From Anaerohalosphaeraceae bacterium (lineage in GTDB: Bacteria; Planctomycetota; Phycisphaerae; Sedimentisphaerales; Anaerohalosphaeraceae), in NCBI GenBank assembly GCA_963675525.2, contig CAXXSL010000005.1, positions 98,407 to 162,406 of the forward strand: a DNA stretch of 64,000 nt. The letters run 5' to 3'. The stretch's first letter is position 1; each line of letters opens with the position of its first letter. Positions 31,305 through 41,566 of this stretch are shown piece after piece. The notes beneath the pieces are model-generated. The model saw only the letters and a program-made list of their open reading frames with translations, did no database searches and was not told the DNA's origin. Both the position numbers and the translations under genes were made by a program.

Positions 31305-32218
31305 AGGCGACCCCGATTCAGTCAGCGGATTCCTCCATACGCAATGTGACTTACTGGGGGATGCTGATCAATATTCTGTTGGCTGTTCTTAAGGGAGTTG
31401 TCGGGCTTGCTGTTGGGTCCCTTTCTTTGTTTGCTGACGGCATTCATTCTCTTTCGGATCTTCTGACGGATATTGCGGTTTTAATAGGGGTTCATTTTGC
31501 CGCCAAGGAGCCGGACTCTGAACATCCTTACGGGCATGGCAGGCTGGAAACGTTTTCCGCGTCATTTGTCGCGGTGGTTTTGATCCTTGTTGGCGCCGGG
31601 ATGGTTTATAAGGCATCGGGAGATATTAACAAAATGCATACGGCGGGTGTTCAGGCGGTCACCATCAGTTCATGGGTCATCTGGATATCGCTGTTGTCAG
31701 TCATTTCAAAAGAAGCGATCTATCGATGGACCCGAAAAGTTGCCGTTGATACGAACAGTACCGCACTGTATGCCAATGCCTGGCACCACCGTTCCGATGC
31801 CTTCAGTTCCGTGGCAGTTATTGTCGGAGCGATGGCTGTTAAGTTTGGCTATCCGCATGGCGATCAACTTGGGGCGATTGTCGTTGGTATCATGATTATT
31901 TTGGTTGGCGTAAAAGTGATTGCTAACTGTATCAATGAGTTCGCCGAACGGGCGGTCGATGCCAGGATTGTCGAGCAGATTCAAAAAATTATCGAATCCG
32001 AAGAACGCATTCGTCATTGGCACAAGCTTCGAACCCGCAGTGTCGGACGGGAGATTTTTCTCGATTTGCATATTCTCGTGGACCCGGAACTGACGATTAC
32101 GGAGGCACATGAAATTGCCGACAGTCTGGAACGGATCCTGCACGAACAAATGCCGCAACCGGTGAATGTCATGGTTCATATTGAGCCGGACACGCCGCGT
32201 ATGCGTCAGGAACGATAA
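31280..32218 (+). CDS. Cation diffusion facilitator transporter (FieF-like)
   Basis: ADGIHSLSD, HPYGHGRLE, ANAWHHRSD and C-terminal TITEAHEIAD...VHIEP. Confidence 0.9.
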   Translation: MPDCSEQIKATPIQSADSSIRNVTYWGMLINILLAVLKGVVGLAVGSLSLFADGIHSLSDLLTDIAVLIGVHFAAKEPDSEHPYGHGRLETFSASFVAVVLILVGAGMVYKASGDINKMHTAGVQAVTISSWVIWISLLSVISKEAIYRWTRKVAVDTNSTALYANAWHHRSDAFSSVAVIVGAMAVKFGYPHGDQLGAIVVGIMIILVGVKVIANCINEFAERAVDARIVEQIQKIIESEERIRHWHKLRTRSVGREIFLDLHILVDPELTITEAHEIADSLERILHEQMPQPVNVMVHIEPDTPRMRQER

Positions 32219-32230
32219 GGAGACATCACA

Positions 32231-32857
32231 ATGAAGCAGCAAAAGATTGGGGCCTGTCATCTGTGTCTCTTGGTCACTTTGCTGTTAATTTATGTCTGGT
32301 CGTTTATTTACCCGTTCGATATGTTTACCTGGTTTCTTGAGATGCTGCCGGTTCCCCTCGGGTTGGCTGTGTTGGCTGGAACGTATCGAAAATTCCGCCT
32401 GACAAATTTGACCTATACGCTCATTTGGATCCATGCAGTTATTTTGCTGGTGGGAGCGCATTATACCTATGCCGAGGTTCCGCTGTTTGACTGGATTAAA
32501 GACATTTTTGATTTGAGCCGGAATCATTATGACCGTCTGGGGCATTTTGCACAGGGATTTGTCCCTGCGATGATTGCGCGCGAAGTGCTGATTCGTACGT
32601 CTCCGCTTCGCGGCAGCAAATGGCTTTGGCCGCTGGTGATTTCGGTCTGTCTGGCGATCAGCGCTGTTTATGAATTGATCGAGTGGTTGACGGCAGAGTT
32701 GTCCGGCAGTGCCGCAGAGGCTTTTCTCGGAACTCAGGGGGATATCTGGGATACGCAGAAAGATATGGCTTTTTGTTTGTTGGGTGCCGCGGCCGCATTA
32801 TTATTCTTATCGGCTTGGCATAATCGGCAATTGAAAGGGATTCTAACCGATGCTTAG
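32231..32857 (+). CDS. DUF2238/YjdF-like inner membrane protein
   Basis: GAHYTYAEVP, RNHYDRLGHF, YELIEW and FLGTQGDIWDTQKDM. Confidence 0.85.
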   Translation: MKQQKIGACHLCLLVTLLLIYVWSFIYPFDMFTWFLEMLPVPLGLAVLAGTYRKFRLTNLTYTLIWIHAVILLVGAHYTYAEVPLFDWIKDIFDLSRNHYDRLGHFAQGFVPAMIAREVLIRTSPLRGSKWLWPLVISVCLAISAVYELIEWLTAELSGSAAEAFLGTQGDIWDTQKDMAFCLLGAAAALLFLSAWHNRQLKGILTDA

Positions 32858-33222
32858 GCTTTTTTTTGAAAAGTCCACAGTGAGTTACTGTTTTGAAGAA
32901 GCGTGTAATAGCCGCATAGAAGATTCCCCTCTAATTCAAAAAATAGAATATCCGCTTCGATGGAAATTAATTCAAGACGGCCTCCATCCGTGATTTTCAC
33001 GCTTCCGGCCTCATTTTGGACGGGACCTTCGTAGGTCAGGAATTTAAGTGGATGATCGAAGATACGTTCGACGGGAATAGAAGAATGTTTGATTTCTGAG
33101 GGATGAGCCAACATTCGCCAGGTCCATAGCGTCCGGTCGCTTTCGAGCATCAGATCCCAGTGCTTTTCGCCCGGTGTTTTATGTTCCAGAACAACAAATT
33201 GTTTTTGAGTTTGGAGATTCAT
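32854..33222 (-). CDS. Stand-alone LigD N-terminal 3'-phosphoesterase-like protein
   Basis: FVVLEH, HWDLMLE, DHPLKFLTYEG and GSVKITDGG. Confidence 0.75.
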   Translation of the reverse strand: MNLQTQKQFVVLEHKTPGEKHWDLMLESDRTLWTWRMLAHPSEIKHSSIPVERIFDHPLKFLTYEGPVQNEAGSVKITDGGRLELISIEADILFFELEGNLLCGYYTLLQNSNSLWTFQKKA

Positions 33223-33281
33223 CTTAAAAACCTTATTATAATGCCTAAAACCGTCTATTTGTCAAGTCAGTAGAAGAATTA

Positions 33282-33310
33282 TTGAAGATTTATACGCTCT
33301 GTTGTAAAAT
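33282..33310 (+). promoter_or_regulatory. Possible sigma70 promoter of the TPR gene
   Basis: TTGAAG-17 nt-TAAAAT. Confidence 0.4.
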
Positions 33311-33372
33311 AATGCCGACAGGTAAATTTTGAGATACCGACTAAGTTGTTTAACCAGAAAAAGAGGGAATTT

Positions 33373-36300
33373 ATGGCACGAGTACGCATAAACTGGAATT
33401 TGATTATTGTGTTGGTTCTGGCCATTATCGCCGTTGCTGTAACCGGTTTGGGCTTGCGAAAATATCATCGAAAACAACGAGCCGAAGTCGGGCTTACTGA
33501 GGGGCTCTTGGCATATGAAAACGGTCAATGGGAAGAAGCCGCCGGTTTTCTTGGACAATATCTCAGTATCAATCCGGGAGATATTGACATTTTGATTAAA
33601 TATGCACAAAGTCAATACCAGATTCAGCCTTTCAAACGGGAACATCTGGCTCAGGCAATTAATGCCTATCGTGTTGTATTGCGTCTCGAAGACAATGAGC
33701 TGGCTGCCAACGAAATTATCAAACTTTATTTGCAATTTGGAATGCCCGCTGAGGCGGAACTCATCGCTCGCCGGTTTGTTGAAAAAACTGAAAACGGTCA
33801 AATCCAGCAGTTTTTGGCGATTTCATTGGTTCGACAGAGGAAATACGAAGAGGCCGTCGATATATTAATGCAGTTGATTAGCCAGGATCCAAAACAAATC
33901 ATTGCATTTAAGCTCCTTGGAGATATTGCGGAGAAACAGCCCGAAATTGCGGGAGCACAGGCTGGCGAGTGGTTTGATAAAGCGGTTGAAAAAAATCCGG
34001 ACTCCGCACAGGCTTACATATTACGCAGTACTTATTTGGCCAAGCAGGGCCAAATTCAGGCTGCAATTGAGGATATTGAAAAAGCTGAACAGTGTGACCT
34101 TTCAGATGTCCAAATGCGCCTTAGCCTTGCGGCGGTATGGGTTCAGTTAGGGATGTATAATCGAGCCCAGACGCACCTGGAAACCATCAAAGGTATCGAC
34201 CCCGACAATGAGGAACTCTGGTACATCTGGGGGGTACTGGCCAGTGAAATGAGGGATAAACAACAGATTATCAGGATTGCCGAAGAGGGATTGCAGCATC
34301 TGGACCCGGAAAATTACGGTTTTTTAGCATTGGCGGCAGAATTATTTGTTCAGTCCGATCAAATTCAACGCGCAAGAGAATGTGTATCACAACTGAACGA
34401 AGCGGAGGCCGAGCGTGCCACGATTCTTTATCTAGAAGGACTGATTGCAAAAGCGACGATGGATTGGGCAGGGGCAATCCAAAAATGGCAGCGGTCGATC
34501 CAACTGGGATTTTCCTCGGAAATGGTTTATTTAAATTTAGTGGACACACTGGAACAGATTAATAATCGTCCCATGGCGATTCAAATTTTACGTCGTTATC
34601 TCAGTCAATCCGGTGAATCGTTTAAAGGGCGTTTAAAATTAGCGGAAATTCTTGCAAGGGATCGGCGGTGGCAGGAAGCTTTGGATCAGGCCGCGGCCGC
34701 TGCTCAGGAAAATCCAACTAATCTGGAAGCAAAAGTTTTGTATTTACGCTGTCGGATCGAGGTGTTGGATGAAATAAGGGAGACGGAGGCAGCCGTACTC
34801 AAAACCGCAATTGAAAATCTGATTCGGTCCAATGACCTGTTTCCTTGTCGAATGTTGATGTTTCATCTGGCAATGCGACAGAATAATAAAGCTTGGGCCG
34901 AGCAAACTCTGACAGAGATTGAGGAAAAGTTTGGCCGAAGTGACCAAACCATCCTTTCGAAAGCCAGGTTGTATATGCTCCAGGGCAAGATCGCTGAGAG
35001 TATATTGGTGTTAGAAACGGCAGCGAAGGATTCCCCCGATAACAGCGAGATCATACAATTATTAGCTTCGGCCTACAGTCGAAATAAACAGTTTGAAAAG
35101 TGCACCGATTTGCTTACCACCGCTTACGATCAAACAAGCGACCCTTATAAGCAGAGAAAATATCGATTGTGGCTGGCCGAGATCATGATTTTAGAGGGTA
35201 AACCGGACGATGCGGTTCAGGTATATCGTCAGATGGCGAAGGAAAATACCAGTGACATATTTGCACGTCGCCAACTGCTTTCATTTGATCGGCAATCGTC
35301 AACACAGGAACAGATACAGCAATGGATCGATGAGATAAAAGCTGCTGAAGGTGAGGATGGATGGCAGTGGAAATATGAACAGGCCAGGACGTGGTGTAAA
35401 ACGGATGATGGTTTCAGTCGGTACTATGAGCAAATTGTCAAAATGTTAAATGAAAATCTTAACCTCAATGCGGACGATCAGGAAAGCCGGATTTTGCTGG
35501 CATCCTGCCATGAGCGGGCCGGGAATGTCCAATTGGCACTGAGTCTTTATCAGGATGCGATGAGCAGGAATGTGGATAACGTCGAATTTGTCGTTGCTGC
35601 TGTGGGTGCCATGTACCGGGCGGAAGAATATCGGCAAGCTCAGGATTTATTGACACGCGTTTCTCAAAGTGGGGTTTGGGATTCTCGATTGGCGAAATAT
35701 GAGTTACAAAACAGCCTGCGCGTGGGACAAGATGATAATGCATTGTCCGTCCTGGAAGAAATGGTGACACAGTCGCCGGACGATTATGATGCGAAACTGT
35801 CATTGTCGCTGTTGCAGATCCGAAATAAAGACTTCAGTGAAGCACAAAAGAACATACAAGAAGTGATTGAAGCCCGACCTGATTCGGTTGCTGCTATGAC
35901 TGCGATGGCGGATCTCTACCTTCGATGGCAAAAACCTCAGGAGGCTTTAGAGCTGTGTGATCGCTATCTATCCGAAAATGAATCTTTACCTGCCTATACG
36001 ATGAAGTGCCATGTGTTATTGAATATGGGGGATATCCCCGGAGTACTGGATGGGATCAGCAGGATCCAATCGAAGTATGGTGACGATAAGGATGCTTTAT
36101 TGATTGTCAGTCGCTTATATCAATCGATCGATCATACACAAGAATCCATCGCGGTGTTAGATCGTTTGCTGATGCAGTTCGGAGGAGACGTTGCTGTCCA
36201 GAAGCAGGCTGCATTGCTGTTTCTGAACCAACAGGAGCCCGGTCGGCGTAAAAAGGGTATTGAACTTTTAGAGAGCGCCCTTCAACAAAGACCGATGGAT

Positions 36301-37533
36301 GTTAAATTGCGTATTCAAAAGGCTATGACGCTGATTCAGCAAGATAATGGGGACGCATTTGAACAGGCGCGTTTGATTTTAGAACAGTTGATCAAAGAGT
36401 ATCCTCGACTTGAAGTTGCATGGTGTGCATTGGCAAAATTGTCGCTGCAGGAACAGGACTCGATTCACGCGATGGATTATGTGCTGAGGGGATTATTTTA
36501 TTTGCCGGAGAGCCGGCCTCTTCTTTTGTTTAAAGCACAGGCTGAAAGCATGCATTCCCCGATGTCCGCAATTGCGTCGCTAAAATCGCTTTTAGAAAAA
36601 GAGCCACAGGATACAACGGTAATTCTGATGATTTCGCTGAATTATCGAAGAGCCGGTTTGAGGCAGGAGGCATTGAATCTTTTGCGGGAAAGTTTATCAC
36701 ACCCTGAACTGAAGGAATCTGTGGAGTTGCAGAATGAACTGATGGTGGTCCTGTACGAATTAGAGCAGAAAGAACAGGCTAAGGAAATTTACCAAAAACT
36801 GGCTCAGCAGGCAGGTGATAGCCGAGTCCTTGCCAGTTGGTTGGGATTGCTTGCTAAAGATCAATTACTCGAGGAAATTCGTGATACTTTTCAGAAATGG
36901 ATTGGCACCCACCCCGAGCAGCTCGAATCTGTTCTTGATATAGTAATATCGGTGGTTATGACGGTCGATCCGTCCGATGAAAACAAGATTGCAGAACAGA
37001 TTGTAAAATCTGAATTAACTCAAAATCCTCAGAGTGCCTCTGCTTGTTTTGCAATGGCGATGCTGCTGCATCAAACGGGGAGAAAAATAGATGCAGTCCC
37101 ATGGTACGAAAAAGCGATTCAGATTGATCCACAAAGTGTCATTGCGATGAATAATCTTGCCTGGATACTGTGTACCGAAAAATCAGAGGACCATAAGGCA
37201 TTGGAAATTGTTGAAAAAGGACTTGCGATCAATCCATCTTATATTGATTTAATTGACACCCGAGGCGTTATTTATATGCATCTCGGAGAGTATGAAAAGG
37301 CTGTCGATGATTTTGAGCAGTGCGAAAAAATGTATTTGAGTGCAAACCCGAATAAAACAGTTTCTGTTTATCGGCTGGGAGAATGCCTGATGCACCTGAA
37401 AAAAGACCGTGAGGCATTATTCGAGTTCTATAAAGCCAAGGATTTGAATGCCGCAAAAGGGGGCCTGTCTTCAGAGCAATTAGGGCAACTCGAAATGATA
37501 ATTCAGAAACTGTCGAAGAACTCATCACAATAA
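33373..37533 (+). CDS. Large membrane-anchored TPR protein (PEP-CTERM/EPS-locus type)
   Basis: N-terminal TM LIIVLVLAIIAVAVTG, TPR helices throughout, C-terminal AMNNLAWIL...IDTRGVIY. Confidence 0.85.
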   Translation: MARVRINWNLIIVLVLAIIAVAVTGLGLRKYHRKQRAEVGLTEGLLAYENGQWEEAAGFLGQYLSINPGDIDILIKYAQSQYQIQPFKREHLAQAINAYRVVLRLEDNELAANEIIKLYLQFGMPAEAELIARRFVEKTENGQIQQFLAISLVRQRKYEEAVDILMQLISQDPKQIIAFKLLGDIAEKQPEIAGAQAGEWFDKAVEKNPDSAQAYILRSTYLAKQGQIQAAIEDIEKAEQCDLSDVQMRLSLAAVWVQLGMYNRAQTHLETIKGIDPDNEELWYIWGVLASEMRDKQQIIRIAEEGLQHLDPENYGFLALAAELFVQSDQIQRARECVSQLNEAEAERATILYLEGLIAKATMDWAGAIQKWQRSIQLGFSSEMVYLNLVDTLEQINNRPMAIQILRRYLSQSGESFKGRLKLAEILARDRRWQEALDQAAAAAQENPTNLEAKVLYLRCRIEVLDEIRETEAAVLKTAIENLIRSNDLFPCRMLMFHLAMRQNNKAWAEQTLTEIEEKFGRSDQTILSKARLYMLQGKIAESILVLETAAKDSPDNSEIIQLLASAYSRNKQFEKCTDLLTTAYDQTSDPYKQRKYRLWLAEIMILEGKPDDAVQVYRQMAKENTSDIFARRQLLSFDRQSSTQEQIQQWIDEIKAAEGEDGWQWKYEQARTWCKTDDGFSRYYEQIVKMLNENLNLNADDQESRILLASCHERAGNVQLALSLYQDAMSRNVDNVEFVVAAVGAMYRAEEYRQAQDLLTRVSQSGVWDSRLAKYELQNSLRVGQDDNALSVLEEMVTQSPDDYDAKLSLSLLQIRNKDFSEAQKNIQEVIEARPDSVAAMTAMADLYLRWQKPQEALELCDRYLSENESLPAYTMKCHVLLNMGDIPGVLDGISRIQSKYGDDKDALLIVSRLYQSIDHTQESIAVLDRLLMQFGGDVAVQKQAALLFLNQQEPGRRKKGIELLESALQQRPMDVKLRIQKAMTLIQQDNGDAFEQARLILEQLIKEYPRLEVAWCALAKLSLQEQDSIHAMDYVLRGLFYLPESRPLLLFKAQAESMHSPMSAIASLKSLLEKEPQDTTVILMISLNYRRAGLRQEALNLLRESLSHPELKESVELQNELMVVLYELEQKEQAKEIYQKLAQQAGDSRVLASWLGLLAKDQLLEEIRDTFQKWIGTHPEQLESVLDIVISVVMTVDPSDENKIAEQIVKSELTQNPQSASACFAMAMLLHQTGRKIDAVPWYEKAIQIDPQSVIAMNNLAWILCTEKSEDHKALEIVEKGLAINPSYIDLIDTRGVIYMHLGEYEKAVDDFEQCEKMYLSANPNKTVSVYRLGECLMHLKKDREALFEFYKAKDLNAAKGGLSSEQLGQLEMIIQKLSKNSSQ

Positions 37534-37981
37534 TACTTTTTTTGCTCTCAAATGATTTATAAATGTAATAATACCCAAAAAGACACCAAAGCAGGTCTTT
37601 AATGCCCGCTGAAAAGAAGAGTTTTTTAGGTTGTATTATCGGGCCAATGCGATATTTCGGATTTAAGCCCATAAAAACGCTAATAAATCAAACTTTTTTC
37701 TTGCTATTATAATTGTGAAGTGTTAACATCAGATTCGTATTTCTGTTGTTAAAACGGATATACGGGAGAAAGCATGAGATCTCGGAGGGAGAAAACTCTT
37801 GCGGAAGTGATATTTTGAACGAGCGGGATGACTGCTTGTTGAGTAGGTTTACGTTTCTTTTTTTCTTCCTCCAATGTGCCTGGTTACGGCGCAACTCATT
37901 TCTCTTTAATTTTTTATGGGCAGATTTTGTAGTTTGTTAAATTGAATTGAAATGAAAGTGAAACATTACAGGGAGAAAATT

Positions 37982-38584
37982 GTGAATAGAACAAAAAATT
38001 CTGCATTGATTATTGTTTTACTATGTATCGGCTTTGCCGGTGCAGCATCGACATTGACATTTACTCCGTCAAACAGCGATCTCTATGATCTGGAACATTC
38101 ACACTATTATGCTTGGAACATTGATCTGGGCAGTGGCAACGAAATCGTTGCAGCCAGTATCACCTTGAACCGTATTTATGACTGGTCAGGCGGAAATGAA
38201 GAAGATGCGTTATTTATTAACCTTCTTGATGACTGGGTCGGCACCTCTCCAATTTATATCGGCAGTGACAATAAAAGTGTCACTTCAAATCAATTTGGTG
38301 ACGAGAATCTGATCACCACACTCGAGGTTTCAGAAGATATCGGGATTGGTTCGGCCAATGCAAAGACCATCACAATTAATTTTACCAGTGACCAATTGGT
38401 AAAGTTAAATGACTATGCCATCGATGGCCAGATCGCGTTGGGCTTTGACCCGGATTGCCATTTCTATAATAGCGGCGTATCATTCTCAGCAACTGTTGTT
38501 CCTGCTCCGGGAGCAATTTTGCTCGCAGGAATCGGAATGACGCTGGTAGGATTTCTGCGAAAACGCAAAAACTATCAGGAGTAG
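37982..38584 (+). CDS. PEP-CTERM-like (VPAPG) sorting-domain protein
   Basis: Signal peptide and C-terminal VPAPGAILLAGIGMTLVGFLRKRK. Confidence 0.85.
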   Translation: MNRTKNSALIIVLLCIGFAGAASTLTFTPSNSDLYDLEHSHYYAWNIDLGSGNEIVAASITLNRIYDWSGGNEEDALFINLLDDWVGTSPIYIGSDNKSVTSNQFGDENLITTLEVSEDIGIGSANAKTITINFTSDQLVKLNDYAIDGQIALGFDPDCHFYNSGVSFSATVVPAPGAILLAGIGMTLVGFLRKRKNYQE

Positions 38585-38660
38585 ACAGATATATCGTTAG
38601 TTTTGTGGTTCGTGGTGCATGAAAAAAACCTGACATTTCAGGACCAGTGAGGGTTTGAAA

Positions 38661-39308
38661 ATGAAGTTAGAAAAATATATTTCATTCTTGGTTTGTGCAG
38701 TTCTTATCGCGAGTTTACAGGTTATTGCCGGACCAACGTATTCGTTTGTTTGTGTTTCGAATAACAGTGCAGCCAATGCCGCAATCGGCGAATCCCAGTT
38801 ATCTGTCGAAATCTTAAACATGGGAGGTGGTCAAGTAGAATTTCTGTTCATAAATTCCGGATCAGACCCGGCTTCCCTTACTGACATTTATTTCGATGAT
38901 AGTGGCCTGGGGATTCTTTCGGCCCCGATGGGGTTTGCGGACATTGTGGGCACTGTTTCTTTTTCGCAGTATGCAAAACCGGGAGATTTGCCGGGAGGAA
39001 GCAGTTTCAGTACAACGACTGGTTTGTCGGCTGATTCCGATTCACCCGTATCCTCAAACGGAGTAAATACAGGCGAACAGCTTGGCGTTACCCTTTTTGG
39101 AAAATACGGCAGTATTGTGGATCAATTTGACAATGGCGGCCTTCGAATCGGGCTTCATGTTCAGGCGATGGGAACGGATGGCGAAAGCGAATGGTTTATC
39201 AGCAACGGTCCAGTGATTGTTCCAGCTCCGGGAGCAATTTTGCTCGCAGGACTGGGAATAACACTGGTCGGTGTTTTGCGAAACCGCAAGAATGCTCTTC
39301 AAGTATAG
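38661..39308 (+). CDS. PEP-CTERM-like (VPAPG) sorting-domain protein
   Basis: Signal peptide, SLTDIYFDD, IGLHVQA and VPAPGAILLAGLGITLVGVLRNRK. Confidence 0.85.
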   Translation: MKLEKYISFLVCAVLIASLQVIAGPTYSFVCVSNNSAANAAIGESQLSVEILNMGGGQVEFLFINSGSDPASLTDIYFDDSGLGILSAPMGFADIVGTVSFSQYAKPGDLPGGSSFSTTTGLSADSDSPVSSNGVNTGEQLGVTLFGKYGSIVDQFDNGGLRIGLHVQAMGTDGESEWFISNGPVIVPAPGAILLAGLGITLVGVLRNRKNALQV

Positions 39309-39513
39309 CTGTATTTTCCACATTCAGGCAAGTGCAAGGCAGACAGACTGAAGCGTCAATTGTCCAGAGATTTCAGGTGTGAGTTTGCGTTTCTGACCGA
39401 GTGGAGGGGTTGTTCATCGTTTTTCCTTGCTTTTGTAAAGGAGAAATGATATAGTATAGCATGTCGAAAATCGGGGGTAGAATTTATAAATTGGTTTGCC
39501 AGAAGGTGGTAGC

Positions 39514-40695
39514 ATGAGAAAGCTTGTGCCGCTTTTTATTCTGCTGGGACTATGTGTTTCTTTGGATGCTGGTATTCCGGGCGATATTGATGCCGATGGC
39601 TTTGTTGGTCTGCAGGATGTACGTTTTATAGCAGAGCAATGGCTGGGAGTTCCGGGTGATCCCAATGCGGATATCGCCCCCTTGCCGGACGGCGATGGAA
39701 CGGTGAACGTTCTGGACTTTGCCGTAGTGGCCGATCACTGGCTGTTGGCGGATCCCGACCCCAATGAGATGATTTTTATCTCCGGCGGCCAATTTCAAAT
39801 GGGGGATTCTTTTGCGGAGGGTAATTTTGATGAATTCCCGCTTCATGCTGTCACAATCGATGCTGTTTATATGGGAAAGTATGAAATTACCAATGCCCAA
39901 TATTGTACTTTCCTAAACTCAATGTTTGACAGTAACTCGGTTTACCTTTCAGCGAATATGGTTTATGGAACCGATAACGATCAAATCTATTGCGACACTT
40001 CAGCCAGCAATGCTTCCAGCCAAATTGCATATGCAGGCGGTGCTTTCACCGTGCAAATGAAGGGTGATCGTGACATGTTGGACGACCCCATGGTTAGGGT
40101 GACTTGGTATGGGTCGGCGGCTTACTGCAACTGGCGAAGCCAACAGGAAGGGTATGAGTCCTGTTATGACCTGTTAACCTGGTTCTGTGATTTTTCGAAA
40201 AGTGGGTACCATTTGCCGACCGAGGCGCAATGGGAGTATGCTGCCAGAGGTGGATTTCCTGACAGACGATTTTCTTGGGACGACCCCAATACCATTTCCC
40301 ATAGTCTGGCTAACTATAGAAGCGCTTGGGAATTGGGTGTTCCTTATTATCCATATGATGTCAGTCCTACGGAAGCCGACCATCCGGATTGGGATGATGG
40401 AATCGATCCTCACACTGCTCCAGTTGGCAGTTTTGCTCCTAACGGGTTTGGACTGTATGACATGACAGGCAATGTCTGGGAATGGTGCAATGACTGGTAT
40501 GATGAGGATTATTATAATGTAAGTCCTGCCAGCAATCCGACCGGGCCGATATCCAGTCCGTATAGTGTACGCGTTCATCGCGGCGGCAGTTGGGATTACA
40601 ACGCCGAACTTTGCCGGGTGTCATGTCGTTCAACCAAGGCTCCGGCGAATCGATACGGCGGCTCCGGATTTCGTGTTTGCCGAAATTTAAATTAA
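39514..40695 (+). CDS. Exported SUMF1/FGE-sulfatase domain protein with a dockerin-like N-terminus
   Basis: GDIDADGFVGLQD and DGDGTVNVLDF; GGQFQMG, LPTEAQWEYAARGG, GLYDMTGNVWEWC and GFRVCR. Confidence 0.88.
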   Translation: MRKLVPLFILLGLCVSLDAGIPGDIDADGFVGLQDVRFIAEQWLGVPGDPNADIAPLPDGDGTVNVLDFAVVADHWLLADPDPNEMIFISGGQFQMGDSFAEGNFDEFPLHAVTIDAVYMGKYEITNAQYCTFLNSMFDSNSVYLSANMVYGTDNDQIYCDTSASNASSQIAYAGGAFTVQMKGDRDMLDDPMVRVTWYGSAAYCNWRSQQEGYESCYDLLTWFCDFSKSGYHLPTEAQWEYAARGGFPDRRFSWDDPNTISHSLANYRSAWELGVPYYPYDVSPTEADHPDWDDGIDPHTAPVGSFAPNGFGLYDMTGNVWEWCNDWYDEDYYNVSPASNPTGPISSPYSVRVHRGGSWDYNAELCRVSCRSTKAPANRYGGSGFRVCRNLN

Positions 40696-40707
40696 GTGTT
40701 AACGACT

Positions 40708-41535
40708 TCAAGCAGCCCAATAGAGTTTCTGGAAGATTTTCGGCTTTCGCCATGTTCCGATACCATCCCACCAGATTGAAGTGTAATCAATCGATGGTTT
40801 TTCAGCAGAACTGTTTAATGATTGAATGATCAGTTGATGGAAATGCCGCATGCAGGTAATGCCTCCGATTCGCCACGCGATGGCGCCTAGTTCTATCATA
40901 CGGTCGCGAATCTGAGAGTCCGGAGAACCTGACAGGCACAGCAGTTGGCAGGCTTCGTTCGCCATCGGCTGGAACTGTTCATTCCACTGACAAAAGAGCT
41001 CTTTTTCTTTTTGTTCAAGATCCAAAAGCAACCGTTGACTCTCTTCTCTTTGTTGTTGTTTTTGCTCTCGAATTTGAGACAGTCGTTGTTTGCGATATGC
41101 CGCACTTTTTGGGAGCATTGTTTCGATAAGCCCGATGATCGGATCAAAGACGATCCAGAGCAGAAAGGTTGACGTCAGAGTGCCTTCCGGAATTGTATTC
41201 AGGGCGGATGAGAAAGGAGCATAAGAAGATAAGCTGGACAAACCTGCCAAGGCCCCCAGAAAAGGTGCTAAGTCGTAGAGGAAGATATAGTACACGGATG
41301 TTGAAAGAGGATGCTCCGCAGAGGTTTGGTGACGAACAACGCCCTGATAGACCGCAAATAGATAGACGGTAAAAACAAAAAAGAGCAAGACAGCAGAATA
41401 CCCTGAGACGGAAAAAATAAACCACCACTTGAATCCCGCCTGATAGAGGGAGAATACTAAAAGAGAAGCGGCACAAAGCAGAAGCCACAATGTGCCGCAT
41501 ACGTGAATTCGTTTAAGAAATTTTTGTGAGGTCAT
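40708..41535 (-). CDS. Hypothetical membrane protein with a coiled coil and WWDGIGTW C-terminus
   Basis: Four hydrophobic segments; GAGG RBS. Confidence 0.7.
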   Translation of the reverse strand: MTSQKFLKRIHVCGTLWLLLCAASLLVFSLYQAGFKWWFIFSVSGYSAVLLFFVFTVYLFAVYQGVVRHQTSAEHPLSTSVYYIFLYDLAPFLGALAGLSSLSSYAPFSSALNTIPEGTLTSTFLLWIVFDPIIGLIETMLPKSAAYRKQRLSQIREQKQQQREESQRLLLDLEQKEKELFCQWNEQFQPMANEACQLLCLSGSPDSQIRDRMIELGAIAWRIGGITCMRHFHQLIIQSLNSSAEKPSIDYTSIWWDGIGTWRKPKIFQKLYWAA

Positions 41536-41566
41536 TTTCGGCCTCTTTAAACCTCTCTATTTCATA

